From: Ginglymostoma cirratum
Lineage: Eukaryota
Length of the DNA: 64,000 nt
NCBI GenBank assembly: GCA_024137785.1
Contig: JAHRHZ010000223.1
Span: 21,361,112-21,425,111, forward strand
Reading direction: 5' to 3'
In this document: positions 51,860-64,000 of the stretch, piece by piece
Layout of the letters: every line of letters starts with the position of its first letter
Numbering within the stretch: position 1 is the first letter of the stretch
Program-made: the position numbers and the translations under genes
The notes under the pieces: model-generated
Seen by the model: the letters and a program-made list of their open reading frames with translations, nothing else
Databases searched by the model: none
Told to the model about the DNA's origin: nothing

Positions 51860-52300
51860 AGTATATACGTAGCTCAGTTAGTAGCATGCTTTGATCTGAA
51901 TCACAATGCTCTGGTTTGAAAACCTATTCCAGGACCAGGACACAAAATTAGATCTTAAACTCCCATGTTGTATTTGAGTAAGCACTATTCTATGAAGGTC
52001 CTGCCTTTCAGATGGGCTCTTAAACTCTCTTATTTGAGTGCAAAAGCTGTTGTACACTGTTTCAAAGACCAGGGGAGTTATCCTTGGTTTTCTGAACAGT
52101 GTTTCTTCCTAAATAAACACCACATCTGTTCTGTTCATATTGTTGAATGTAGAAAGTTGCCGTACAAAAATTGATTGCTATATTTTCTACATTACAACAA
52201 TCATTACAGTTAAAAAGTATTTCATTAACTCTGAAGTGCTTTGAGACATCCAGTGGTTGTGAGAAAAAGATTTATAAATGTGAATCTCCCCTTTTTTCTT
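51860..52300 (+). mobile_element. SacSINE1/Deu-domain-like SINE
   Basis: tRNA-like head (gtagctcagttagtagc), Deu-like core (gcctttcagatg..ggggagttatccttgg) and L2-like tail (tacattacaaca..aaaaagtatttcatt..gtgctttgagacatcc..ttataaatg). Confidence 0.75.
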
Positions 52301-55300
52301 TCTACATGGTAGCCAGAGACTTTTAGTGAAATGACCTGTTTCTATATTTCTAATGTCAGCTAATTCTACTTTTTAGCAAGTTAAAATCATACCTGAGATT
52401 GAATCCTTCTATTTTAACTGGGCAGGACGAGAGACAGAATAAATTGGTATTATAAATTTGATTGCTTCTCTGTGGTTAATTGAGGAGGGCCTGATGGGTA
52501 AGTTAAGAAATCTCTGCGTCATAACGTACTTGCGTGGCATGGTACCAGCAGTAATATGACATTGGAGTGTAAAACAGGGCAGGGCGGTAAATTTAACTTT
52601 TATTTGATACTCTTTTCTGTAGAGGTATGAATTTCATTGTCCACCAAAATCATCATGTGAATAAAAATTCTTTACAGATCAGAGCATATTTTACTTCTGA
52701 TTGTCATTTTAATAAATCTAGTATTTCACTCTGAAGCCCATCAATGTCGATTGCACTGAACAAATCTATTAGGTGTTTCCATTAAGGCAAAAAAAATACA
52801 CTTACTGTTCATTTGTTTCACTGTTCCCTACTTCCATTACATATATGTAAATTAAATTTATTCTAATATTATGCAAATTATTGCATTTTAGGCAAATTTC
52901 TTTCAACTAATTCAATTCATGTAGGAATGAACTGTAGGAACAATATCAAATAACTATTGTGTTTTCCTTTCATTGTTTTATTTACCATTAAATCTCCTGG
53001 CAGTTGCTCAGCAATAATCAGAGAAAATGGTACTGTAATAGGACAAAACATCATCAGGAAGGTAGAAGGATTTGTTGCGCAGTATCACTACTGATAGCAA
53101 ACTGTCATAGCAAGTTTAGGAATTCCTTTAAGTTCACAGGTACAGTTGTTACCATTCATTTTAGGTAATTCTTATACCAAACCTTCACTTCTCTGCCCAC
53201 AGGCAGGCCTATGGTGATTGTTCAGCAAACCACAGCACTTACTAAACTTTGGGTAGGGAGGCAGAAACTGTATCTGCCCCAGCTATTGGTGTTAATCAGA
53301 TCCACACTCTAGACATCGAGCCAAGTGAGTTAACTATGCGTCCTATCTTTACCAATGTGTCAAAGGTATTACCAGATTATGCCTAAAGGAAATAGGAAAT
53401 CTCAAAAAGTTGCTATAGTTTACATCCTTGCCTTTTAATGTTTTGTTATTTTAAATTTACTTCCCGGTGGATTCCTCGGACTTTTCCCCTGACTTCCCCA
53501 ACAACCTTTTCCTTGCCTCCCTACCTTCCTTTCTTTGTTGCCTACCTAGACATCTTCCGGCTAAACCTGCTTATTTGAATGACCTCCGTGTTGCTCTTTA
53601 CAACCGTAGCCATATTCATAAATCACTCTTCCTCACCGCTGCCAACCTCTTAGTCCCTTTCCAATTTAACCAGGCTCCAAAATTGTAAACAGCATCTCAT
53701 TCTCACCAATATAAACACTGAAAATTCCCCAATCCCAAACCACCACATCACAAACCCACAACCCACAAATTATTTACTTTCCAAAAAAAACCAATCAAGA
53801 AACATTTGCTTTGCTGTTTTCGAGCGGAACTGCTCAAATGTTCTTTCCAAATCCTGTCACTGTGGATATATAGTCCTTCCACACTACTCCCTTTCTTCAG
53901 TTGCCTAGCTCTTTTTCAGATGAATGAGCCTAATTTCTGACAGCTATTTTTCTGTTGACTGAGTAGTCTTTGCTGGAGACTCCCAATATGTACCAGTGTC
54001 ACTCTGCGGCTAACACTCCCAGAAGGTAACCTGAGCTTGTCTCCGATCTGAGTCAAACTGCTTATATTTATGGCACAGAACTTACCCTCCCTCTTCTTTT
54101 TCCCTTCATGTGACTGAAAAGGCCTGGGGACTGATAACACTAAAATTTAGGTGGTAGAAATTCATTTTCAGCAATGCTGTTAAAACAGGGAGGAATCTTG
54201 AGAGGTGACTTGGAGACTAGTTGATGTGTATACAGGCAAACTGATAGGGACACTGCCTGTCTTGCCATCCAACATAAATTTCAACACTCAGGAAGTTAAT
54301 GTTTGACCCTTCGATAATAAGTATTTTTCTGTTTGAAACAGCAAAATATGGTAAAACATGGCCTTTTTGAGCTTTCCCTAACAATCTTGGTAGAGGAAAA
54401 TGACATAACTAACTCTATACATGATGTTATTTATTTATGTGACTATAGACTGTTACAGGCATATATTTATTTACTCGTGTAACCATGGTAATGTGAAGGG
54501 AACAAAGTTACACTTTTATTGATATTTAGTTAGTTAGTAAAAAAGTTATTTATTTGTATGACTTTTTTAAAGCTATGTACCATAAGTGATGTCCTGGGAG
54601 ATCCACAGCTAGTAAATGCTTTTAGGCATAACACAGTGAATTTAATACATATCTGTCATACTTCAGACACCATACTTCAATATGTAAAAAGGATTTAGTA
54701 TTATCAAGCAAAAAGGGAGGATTCGATAGCTACTAGCTTATCAAATCTTGATAATCACCCTAGAAGATAGAAGCCAGAGATTTAATAACAGGTGCAAGTC
54801 TGAAAGAACACCCTCAAAGATTAGCTTAAAGTTCACTGCAGGCTGTACCTCCTGAAGGCAACTTTGACAGGCCAATACAAACATCAAAAAAGCTAAGCAT
54901 TATAACCATTTTGTTTAAAGATTGTGAAGCTAAGTTCTAGAAGTCTTAGTTGGGACGGTTGCTGCTTTATTTTAGAGTGTCTTCATCCCTGGATATAAAG
55001 GTCTGCACTGGCACAATTACAACAGTATCATTGATCATTACCGTCAGACCCCTTGCACAGGGGGAGAAGCCAGTGGCATAATTTGTATTATTGATTGCTC
55101 ATTTATGATCATTGTCAGCTGTTTGGTCACCATAACTTTAAAAAGTGAGGGAACGAGGTGTTGACATGATTCATTGCTGAGACTCTTGTTTCCCAGGGAA
55201 TGTTATTTCAGCCTATTAATACGGTCAACTTGTTCTTATCCTTTAATATAAGGCAAATGAATTATCCTCAGATACTTCCCTCTGCACGATGGAGGGAAGG

Positions 55301-55559
55301 GAAGCTTTTGGCATAGAAGCTGCTGGTTGTGAGTATTAACTTAAAAAAGATAAAAGATACTTCAGCGTTGAAAAAACAGGATTTGTATTGCTGCATTTGA
55401 TATAGCCTTTTGACCATTAAATTCTTGATTTATTGCTTCATACCAATATTATCCATTGTTCCCTTTTCTCAACTGGCATCATTCTCTTTTGATATATGCC
55501 TTGGGTTTACTTATTATTCATTACTATTTATTGGTTAACTCAGTGTACTGTTTCATAAG

Positions 55560-55725
55560 GCAATCTCTGTGCCTACAAACAAGCTGCTTTTGAAGCACAG
55601 TAATCATTTTTAAATACATATATGTGGCAATTGACACATGACAGAGTCTCACAAACAGCAACAAAATGAATCACAAAATAAATGATCAGGTGAGGAGGGT
55701 GAACTGGCTCCCCTCTTTTCAACTG
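55560..55725 (-). mobile_element. Deu-domain-like SINE fragment
   Basis: cttttgaagcacagtaatcatt..tctcacaaacagcaac..tcccctcttttcaa resembles the reverse complement of 52060-52240. Confidence 0.45.
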
Positions 55726-56127
55726 ACTCGGTTGCCTGCAACAAAAGATTTATGTCCTTTTTAGTGCAAGGCTATACCTTTCGCCAATTAAAATGTAGTT
55801 AACTGATTTCCACCGTAGCAGTAAGGAGCCAATTACAAGGTTTTCCTAAGAGAAAGAAAGAGCACTTTTATTATCTGCTAACCCTGAGAAAAAATAATAA
55901 AGACGTAATGTCAAGCACACACACATGCAAGTGCAAAGTTAGAAAAAAAAACACAGCATGTAAGGAAGATTAAAGCAATAGACTCTTTTAGGGTATCATT
56001 GAGTTGCAAGATTTGAACTTGAGACCCTGGTTGATTAGTTGGTGTCTTGAGCCATTAGCAGATATCCACTCTAAATTTTCAGTGCCCTAATATTGCATTT
56101 CAATCACTAGGCACTTGTCTTTTCTTG

Positions 56128-56248
56128 AGATGTTTTATATTCAACCCATGTAGAGATGCTACTATAAACCTCTGGAGCAGGTGGGACTTGAACCCAGGAT
56201 TTCTGGCTCAGAGATAGGGACACTACCATCTATGCCACAACTGCCCCT
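56128..56248 (-). mobile_element. Short (~120 bp) tRNA-derived SINE
   Basis: Minus strand gggcagttgtggcatagatggtagtgtccct..cctgggttcaagtcccacctgctccagagg with A-box and B-box-like motifs. Confidence 0.75.
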
Positions 56249-56727
56249 GATTTTCCTTCTTGAGAAGCAGGATGAACAAATTCTCCAGCTCATTCCACTT
56301 CTGCAACTGAAAATCCTTCTCACCTGCCCCACTTAAAGCAATTCCTTGAGATATGATATGGTTTTATGTATTCCATTTCCGAATTTGTTGTCCCACAGCC
56401 TGATAACTGTGGGACAAAACAGCAGGTGATGTTTTTCACATCCCATATTTGAAACTTGTCCAGATCAAAACAGGAGATGAGGGCCTTTTCACACCTGGCT
56501 AGGTTGACAAGTTTCACTGTCATTTCAGAAAATGTCAATTTCTGTTCAACCAGTTTTGTAATTTCCATGTTGGTTTCGTGAAACTTGGTTGACCTGTGCG
56601 GTCAGCTGATTGCAGCAGCTATTTCAAGTCAGCATTTTGTCAGCCCATTAAAGTCCTAGGTATAACACTGAACATGGAATTTGGAAATCAATTCTCCCTA
56701 TGTTTTACCATCATGACATCAGTGACA

Positions 56728-57325
56728 ATCATAGAGTCATAGAGATGTACAGCACGGAAACAGACCCTTCGGTCTAACTCATCCATGCCAACCAGATATC
56801 CTAAATAAATCTAGTCCCATTTGCAAGCATTTGACCCGTATCCCTTTAACCCCTTTCTATTCATGCACTGATCCAAATGCCTTTTGAATGTTGTAATTGA
56901 ACCGGCCTCCACCACTTCCTTGGGCAGTTCATTCCATGTATGCATCACCCTCCATGTTAAAAAGTTGCCATTTAAGTCCTTTTTATATCTTTCCCCTCTC
57001 ACTTTAAACCTATGCCCTCTAGCTTTGGACTCCCCTACCCTGGGAAAAAGACTTTGGCTATTCACCTTATTCATGCCCCTCATGATTTTATAAACCTCTA
57101 TAAGATCACCCCTCAGACTCCAATGCTCCAGAGAAAAAAAGCCCCAGCCTATTCAACCTCTCCTTGTAGCTCAAACCCTCGAACTCTGGCAACATCCTTG
57201 CAAATCTTTTCTGAACCCTTTCAAGTTCAATAACATCTTTCCTATAGTAAGGAGATCAGAAATGAATGCAATATTCTAGAAGTAGTCTTACCATGTCCTG
57301 TACAGCTGCATCATGGCTTCCCAAA
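56728..57325 (-). mobile_element. HER1/CR1 LINE 3' end
   Basis: ORF 56811-57083 (LFPRVGESKARGHRFKVRGER..WNELPKEVVEAGSITTFKRHLD) and tail catagagtcatagag. Confidence 0.93.
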
Positions 57326-57761
57326 AAGTTTTGCAGGCTCTTTTACATATATATTCAAGCAAAAATAGGATTTTAAATCAATCTGATGTACAATACTTTT
57401 GACAATGTATATGCTGAAATTCTGAAGTATGTAGTTGAATCCACAACTTTCTTACTGTGAGGCAGAATGATACCTCTGAGCTAAACTAACTTTTCAGACA
57501 TAGCCATCTGGAGTAGAGAGAGACTACACCCTGCAGTTATAGTAAAAGAATGAATACCACAGCAATATGCACATTACGCTGTGTAGAATATTAGCAGAAC
57601 TAATCTGGCCATTCATGTGATAGATTTTTATCTCATAATCAGAGCAGAAGACGGTTCTGGCAAATTGGATACAAGACACTGTTCTTTTCTGTTGAAATAT
57701 CTGAAATTTAAATAAGTCAGTTTCTATAATGGGTATCTGATCCAGAATAACTTGTTTTAGA

Positions 57762-57868
57762 TCTTTTCAAATCAGCCTGTTTAGGGCTGTTATTGCACAG
57801 CTCTAGAGCAGTTTGGACTTGAACCCAGGGTTTGTGCAATTCTACCTGAGTGTCAATAGAACCCTAGA
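57762..57868 (-). mobile_element. Short tRNA-derived SINE, internally deleted
   Basis: Matches 56128-56248. Flanked by taacttgttttaga / tagcctgttttaga, a probable TSD. Confidence 0.6.
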
Positions 57869-58019
57869 CTAGCCTGTTTTAGACTGGAAAGGTAAGTTGA
57901 AAATCTTCCTCCAAACACTTTTTGTAAAACTTGTTGTGTGTTAGCCATAGCCTTCCTCTCAGATGCACGAATCAGAAAGTTCAATTTACCAGTAAGAACG
58001 GTTATAGGTGCTTCCCCAA

Positions 58020-58303
58020 TGACAGTCTAATGGTTACATGACTAGATTAGTAATCCATAACAGCGCGAGTTCAGATCCCACCACACCAGGTTGAGAATTT
58101 AATTCAGAGAAAAGCAGGCTGGTATCAGTCAAAAAAGGTGGTGATTAAAAACTGTCAAATTATTATAAAACCCAACTGGTTCATTAAAATGAAAATCTGC
58201 TGTCCTTACCTGCTGTAGCCTATTTGTGACTCAAAGGCTACATCAACGTAGTTGACTCTGAATTATTCTCTCGAGTGTCCCGAGCAAGCTGTTCAGTTGT
58301 CAA
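58020..58303 (+). mobile_element. tRNA-headed family B 5' region, older subfamily
   Basis: Head ctaatggttac..gagttcagatcccacc and body aaaacccaactggttcatt..tgtccttacctg..gtgactc..gttgactct. Confidence 0.7.
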
Positions 58304-59286
58304 TGTTATTTTTTAATCCCTGGGATTTTTAAAAACTGGTGACTGAAATGTGAAAGAACTGATTTCAAAATATGTATTTGAAAGAGAGGCTGGAGTTTTG
58401 AAAGCAAGTAACCTGAGACCCACAGTGGGCATATTAGACAACACTTTAAACAAGCAGTAAGTGTATTTGAAATTCTGGATGTTCCAGATCTGGAATCTCG
58501 ACTGATGTAACTCTTGTTGGCAACAAGAAGTTGATTGATCTGTGGAGGAGTGACATTTGATAATGATAGAAAGCTTCTGTTTGCCACTGACTGTGTGATT
58601 ATTTCTCAGCTGGCTGAGCTGTTTGGAGCTGGGAAAAAGGTACTGAGACAGAGAGACAGACAGACAGAGAGAGAGAGGGAGAAAGAGAGAGTGAGAGAGA
58701 GTGAACTGTACAGATCTTCTCCCAGCCTAGAAGCTGCCTGTTCTCTGCAGCCAAACCTGAAGTCAATCAATTAATTTTCCTGCAGCAGCTGCTGAAAGCT
58801 GTGAGTGTTGAATTAATCAGAGAAGTTTTCCAACTGAATCGGCTACACTGTACTTCTTACACATTCGTAGAAGTGCAAGAGTAAGACATCTGAACTAGGG
58901 TCTGGCTCGCCAAAGACAGATTACCTCATCATCAGAACCAGGAAGAAAGGGACACTGAACTATTTCTCAGTTTTTCTACCTCTGTCAATAGTCTACCTTT
59001 CCTATTTATATATGTGTGTGTGTGTATGTGAATTTGCAAGGGGATTAAAGTTTTAGTAGTGTTACGTTCCAATTGTTTATATCTGTTTTTCTGCAGCTAA
59101 AGTCTAATAACTTCTAAAAATTCTTGTTCAGTATGGGAACCTGGTCCATACTTGCTTTCAACCTTGATCTGAAAGTTGGATAAATTGGGGGACTGTGTGT
59201 AATTTTAAAAAAATCTTCAACATTTGGTGTGACCCTGTGAATAGTGTGGCTTCATGTATGGCATGGCACATCAGTGAGTTGTAACA
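58304..59286 (+). mobile_element. LTR-like element, ~980 bp
   Basis: TGTTA..TAACA inverted termini and an internal (GA)n tract at 58645-58702; lies just upstream of a Gypsy pol remnant. Flanks do not form a TSD. Confidence 0.6.
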
Positions 59287-59489
59287 GAGCTAAACTATTG
59301 AAGGTATGAAGAGACACAGGAACTAGTCAGTTGTAGTGCTGGCTCATGATACAATTTGTCTTCAAGAAGGACTGATAAAGTAAAAAAAACTATGAATTGA
59401 AGGTATACAAGGAGTCCTGTTATATAGAATTGGATTAAAATGGGGCTTTTCAATTTCTGGATTATAACCCTCAGTAGGAGCACCAGCAG

Positions 59490-60275
59490 AAGTTTTAGGG
59501 TCACAGCAATATCTGCCATGGATGCAGGATGAAATCTTGTTGATTTCTTCACCACCTGCCACAGACCCAGTCTAGCAGATATGTCCTATAGGGACTGACC
59601 ACCTCGTTCAGTAGTAGTGCTGAAAAGACACTCCTGATTGTGGATATTCAAGTCACCCACCTGAATCACATTCTGGCTCTCCCCTTCCATTGGTACTGTA
59701 CATGGAAGAAGGTTGATTCTTCAGCCAAGAAGGGGTGGTACCTTTCCATGTTTCACCCGAGGCCTGGAGTCAATATTGAAGATTCCCAGTGTAACTCCAA
59801 TTGTATACCATTGTGCTATCACCTCTGCTGGGTCTGTCCTGCCAATGAGATAATGTTGTCTGGACCACTGTCTATAAGGTATTATCCATGAGTATGTCAG
59901 GTATGATTCGTTTGGGAGACAGCTCTCCAGATATCTGCAGTAGGAAACACTTTGCAGTGTTGGCAGAGCTGTGTTTGCCATTGTGATTTCCCGTGCCTAA
60001 GTCAGGGACCTGTAGTCCATCCATTTTCATTCCTTTTGAGACTTTTTGGCAGTGTTGATATAACTGACTGGCTGGATAGTCCATTTCAGGGGACAGTTAA
60101 GAGTCAGCTATATTACTGTTGGTCTGGAGTTACAAGTAGGCCAGATCAGGTAAGGAAAGCGGATTTCCTTTCCTAAAGGACATTGGTGAGGCAGGTTTTT
60201 TTTTTTAAACAATAATTGGCAATAGTTCCATGGTAATCATTAGACTTTTAATTCCAGATTTTCATTTTATTTAAG
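59490..60275 (-). mobile_element. Family B LINE 5' region with AP-endonuclease remnant
   Basis: Minus-strand motifs ESYLT and VIQVGDLNIH (GDFN-like) lie directly downstream of sequence matching the SINE body at 23811-23990. Confidence 0.8.
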
Positions 60276-61455
60276 CTCTGAAGAATGCTCACCAAACAAT
60301 TAAAGTTAGAGCAGCTAAAAAGACCAAAGCATGGAATTTTGTTAGGTGTTAGCACTTTTGCCTGTCTATGAGGATAAAATGAAAACAAGGTTCACTGTGT
60401 TTTATCAAATTAAAAAGGAACTCAATGATTGAATTATGAACTGAGTACTCATATAGGAGGAGAAATCCATGACTAATCCATGCTAATATTTTAAAGTGAT
60501 ATTATGACAGGGTGGACAGACAGGAGAAAGAGTATTTACAGTAGTGAAATAATAGGGAGTAAAGTAAAAATATCAGTCCAATTGGAGAATAAACCAGAAA
60601 TTGAAAATTCAAAAGTTGACCCTCCTGATTGGATAATGAAAAAAGTGCAATGTTACATCTAACATTTCAAGCACCATCTTTCTGAAAGCTATGGAAGTCA
60701 CTGGCAAAAAATATTACAAACTCATAAATCAATGAGTAAATAAGCCAGGAACATTGTCTTAGACTATGCATGGTGTTAATGTTAGAGATGCCTTACCCTT
60801 AAAACAACATCCATACAGACTCAACCCAGAGAAATTTGCCAAAGTTTAGAGATGAGATCAAGTTCATGAGAATGATGGTGTCATTGAACAAAGTTATAGC
60901 AGCTGGAGTTCACCTGTTATGATGGTGCTGCAACTAGATAGATCACAAAGATTGTATATAGATTATCACAACGTTAATGCAGGAACTATTGGAAGTCTGT
61001 ATTGAGAAGATTGGACATGCACATTTTAATATACAAGTTAACTTACTAAAAGTATATTGAAAAATGCCATTGACTGATACAGCAAAAGAGATACCAGCTT
61101 TGTAGACCAAGATGGAATTTAACACTGTATAGTCACATTGTTTGGAATGAAAACTATACCAGCTGTTCACTCTTTAATGAATAAGGCATTTGAAGGATTA
61201 TGCAACTATGCTTTATATTTAAACAATTTTATTATGTTCAACTAAACCTGGAACATTTACAATAATTCAATGAATTTTTGTCTGGTTATGTATAGCCAAT
61301 TTGGTCATAAATTTGGTACAATGACCTTATTAGGGGTATACTTTGGGACAAGGAGAAACAACAATGTACAACAAGTTTATCAAAAGAAGGCAAGAAACTG
61401 GATTTCTCCCTGCTGTTTGGCAGTGACAGGTGGCTGCCTGACAGGCCTGCCAAAA
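60276..61455 (+). pseudogene. Decayed Gypsy pol, integrase C-terminus followed by RT (Gmr1-like order)
   Basis: 60276-60510 translates to VLALLPV..KTRFTVFYQIKK..LIHANILK (GPY/F-like module). 60770-61240 translates to PLKQHPYRLNP, SSWSSPVMMV..RLYIDY, LLKVY*KMPLT and LFGMKTIPA. Confidence 0.8.
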
Positions 61456-61457
61456 TA

Positions 61458-61768
61458 CCAGAACATAGAATATAGAACAATACAGCACAAGAACCAGCCC
61501 TCTGGTCCACCATGTTGTGCCGAACATGGTGCGAAATTAAACTAATCCCTTCTACCTGTTCCTGGTCCATATCCCTCCATTCCTTGTGTTTCATGTGCTT
61601 ATCTAAAAGTCTCTTAAATACCCCTATCATATTTGCCATCACCATCACCACCAACCCGGCAGCATATTCTCTAATTCCTACCACTTTTTGTCTTAAAACC
61701 TTGCCCCTCACATCCCCTTTGAACATTTCCCCGTCACCCTAAATGCATGCCCTCTAGTATTAGGCATA
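61458..61768 (-). mobile_element. CR1 LINE 3' end inserted after the Gypsy remnant
   Basis: Tail agaacatagaatatagaacaatacagcac; ORF 61286-61726 has FKGDVRGK..FKRLLDKHM. Confidence 0.88.
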
Positions 61769-61769
61769 T

Positions 61770-62830
61770 GTTCATCAGCATTTGATATCCACTCCATCAA
61801 AGTCTTCCTGGGTTCCCTATGACTGAGCTTGTTTGCTATCTCACCCGTTGGTGAGCTGGTACGTTAGCTATTGCTACTCCATGCCTACAGCTTACTTGTG
61901 TCTGGTAATTCAGCACATACTGATCCAAGCTTGATGCAATCCTTGGTGATTCACACTCACAGGTGTTGCAAATTGTGTCTATCACATTAATTATATGATC
62001 CCTTACCATAGTTCTACTTCTATTTCGACACCCAGTTGAATGACTCCCATGGTGCTGTATTCATGTTCATTCATCCTCCCTGCAGTCCCCAAAGTCACCC
62101 ATACAGCTTGCAAGAACCCCATAATTATTGGACAATTGCAGGGGCTGCAACTCCTTGAATGTTATCCAAGTGGTCCTATATCAGCCTTACCTGCGAACAC
62201 ATACTCCTGGACCTGATCCTGGAACAGATATGAATGACTTAATCTGAGGTGTGCAAGTGCCTCCTGGAGCAAAGCGTCCAGATCACTAGCCCTCTCCCTG
62301 ATGTGACACAATGTCTGCAGCTCAGACTCCAGCCTCTCAACCTGGACCTGATGTTCCTTGATGTACAAACACTTACTACTGTGTGTTCACCTAGATCACC
62401 TTGGAAACCAGCAGATCCCATACACAGCAGCAACACATCACCCAGCCTACCATCATTATCATACTTTATTTAATTTATTAATGTATTACTCTGCAATTTC
62501 TGCCCTTTATAATTTATTGTAAATATTTTAAAGCATTATTAATCTTATACTTAAGAAGCTACTTTGAAGAAATGGGAGAAGAAAAGCAGTGGAGACCCAA
62601 ACACAAACTGAACACATTACTTATAGGAAAAAGATTAGAAATACCCACAAATCCAACTCACCAATCAGATCCTGAAGAAGGGTCTAGGCCCGAAACATCA
62701 GCTTTCCTGCTCCTCTGATGTTGCTTGGCCTGCTGTGTTCATCCAGCTCTACACCTTGTTATCTCACCAATCAGATATGTATTTGCACACATATCACATT
62801 GCTAGTGAGCCTATTAGCGGTAAGCATGAG
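61770..62830 (-). mobile_element. CR1 5' UTR and ORF1 remnant
   Basis: ORF 62162-62368 (QVERLESELQTLCHIRERASDLDALLQEA) resembles the CR1 ORF1 coiled-coil segment, with an AT-rich 5' UTR upstream. Confidence 0.65.
62671..62762 (+). mobile_element. 92-bp Penelope-derived insertion starting at a hammerhead core
   Basis: cCTGAAGA-A-GGGT-ctag-GCCC-GAAA-CATC. Perfect 14-bp duplication ctcaccaatcagat (62657-62670 and 62763-62776). Confidence 0.85.
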
Positions 62831-64000
62831 AGAGAACCAGCCTGTGATTGGAAAATCAGCTCCTCATGAATGCTGTCCATTTTTCTTCCAGGATGATTTT
62901 CTCTAATTGGTTGTCATCATGATTGAAATTTCCTGGGTATTTTTGTGGCTACTGGGCATGAATTCACGAGGTCCAACCCCCTCCCCTTTTATTTTGACCA
63001 CTGGTAAACACCGCTGCTCCATTAAACTGGTGGATGGAGTGCTGAACAAGTGACTGCTTCGACCTGAATAGTGTCAAGCTTCTCAAATATTCAAACAAAC
63101 ATTATAGAACCTGAGTATGGATAAGAGAAAAGGCACATTGTTGAAGCTTAAATGAAAATGTTCAATTTTATTTTGGACCTTGCATATTTGTGCATCAGCC
63201 CACACTTTCAAAAGAACTGATTTGAAAATGTGAAATGTAATTTTGCTTTTACTAATATGTTTTGTCAAATTAAGGTTCACTCTCAACTTTTGCTTTATAA
63301 TACCCCATTGCCTTAGCATGTTTTATTACATTAAGGGCACTATAAAAATATGAATTGTTGTTGAAGTTACTTGCTTTAATAAAAAAAAAGTCAGAGATGC
63401 TCAAGAGGTCAGGCAGTATTAGTTGACAACATGCAAGTCAATTGCTGTTTCAGGTGTAAAGTTTCCTTAAATGTACATTGTTTAAGTGGATATAGGAGAG
63501 GCTGAAAGACTAACATACAGCAATATAAAGCTGTTGATGTCGGTGCTGCAGTTTTTAAAGGCCTGCAGAACAGAGCGTCCCTCCAAATTAACCTTTGAGC
63601 TTTCCACTCTGAGAATGATTTCAAACTCCTGGATTTGAGCAATGCAGTGGGCCAGATAATTGTTTGTAGTCAGGGATGGAATCAGGTTAAATAAACCTTT
63701 TCTAAACCCCTTGAAGGCCTGCAGCTTTGAATTTATGGAAGATCACTTTATAGCTGCTGTGTTCTGCAAAAAAAAAAGCAATGATCTAAGCCCTGAAATT
63801 TTTTCCTTTTTTTCTAACTGACTTAAAGTTGCAGCACAGGCTCATTTGGAAATCTAACGCTTGGTCTGGAGAAGGCTTGACCTTTTATTTTGAGTCTGTC
63901 TTAAAGAACAAACGTCTAACAAAAGTGTTCTGCAATTTTCTGGGCCTAACAGTCAACTGGAATGTAACCCATTTGTACATGGGTGCAGCATACACAGCTG

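Noticed and set aside
56170-56248. tRNA gene
   Set aside because: A and B boxes are present but I cannot fold a full cloverleaf, and the same head plus 3' extension recurs as a dispersed repeat.

Overview
Vertebrate non-coding DNA, AT-rich and CpG-depleted. The repeat content (HE1-like V-SINEs, HER1/CR1 LINEs, a SacSINE1/Deu-domain-like SINE) points to a cartilaginous fish, most likely a shark; this is inference. No intact protein-coding gene is supportable: the ORF track is mostly chance ORFs or decayed transposon coding sequence. The first ~1.2 kb looks like a 3' UTR, possibly preceded by the last codons of an unidentified gene. The rest is a transposon mosaic: a nested LINE stack of four insertions (15.7-21.0 kb), a second LINE family (family B) whose 5' region is shared with a tRNA-headed SINE, short Penelope-derived insertions carrying minimal hammerhead-ribozyme motifs and 14-16 bp target duplications, solo LTRs, a decayed Gypsy pol with integrase upstream of RT (Gmr1-like order), Harbinger Myb/SANT remnants and a hAT-like MITE. 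A ~9 kb interval (35.0-44.0 kb) has almost no recognisable repeats and contains blocks resembling conserved developmental enhancers. All family names come from pattern recognition by eye, not database searches, and boundaries are approximate unless a target-site duplication (TSD) is cited.
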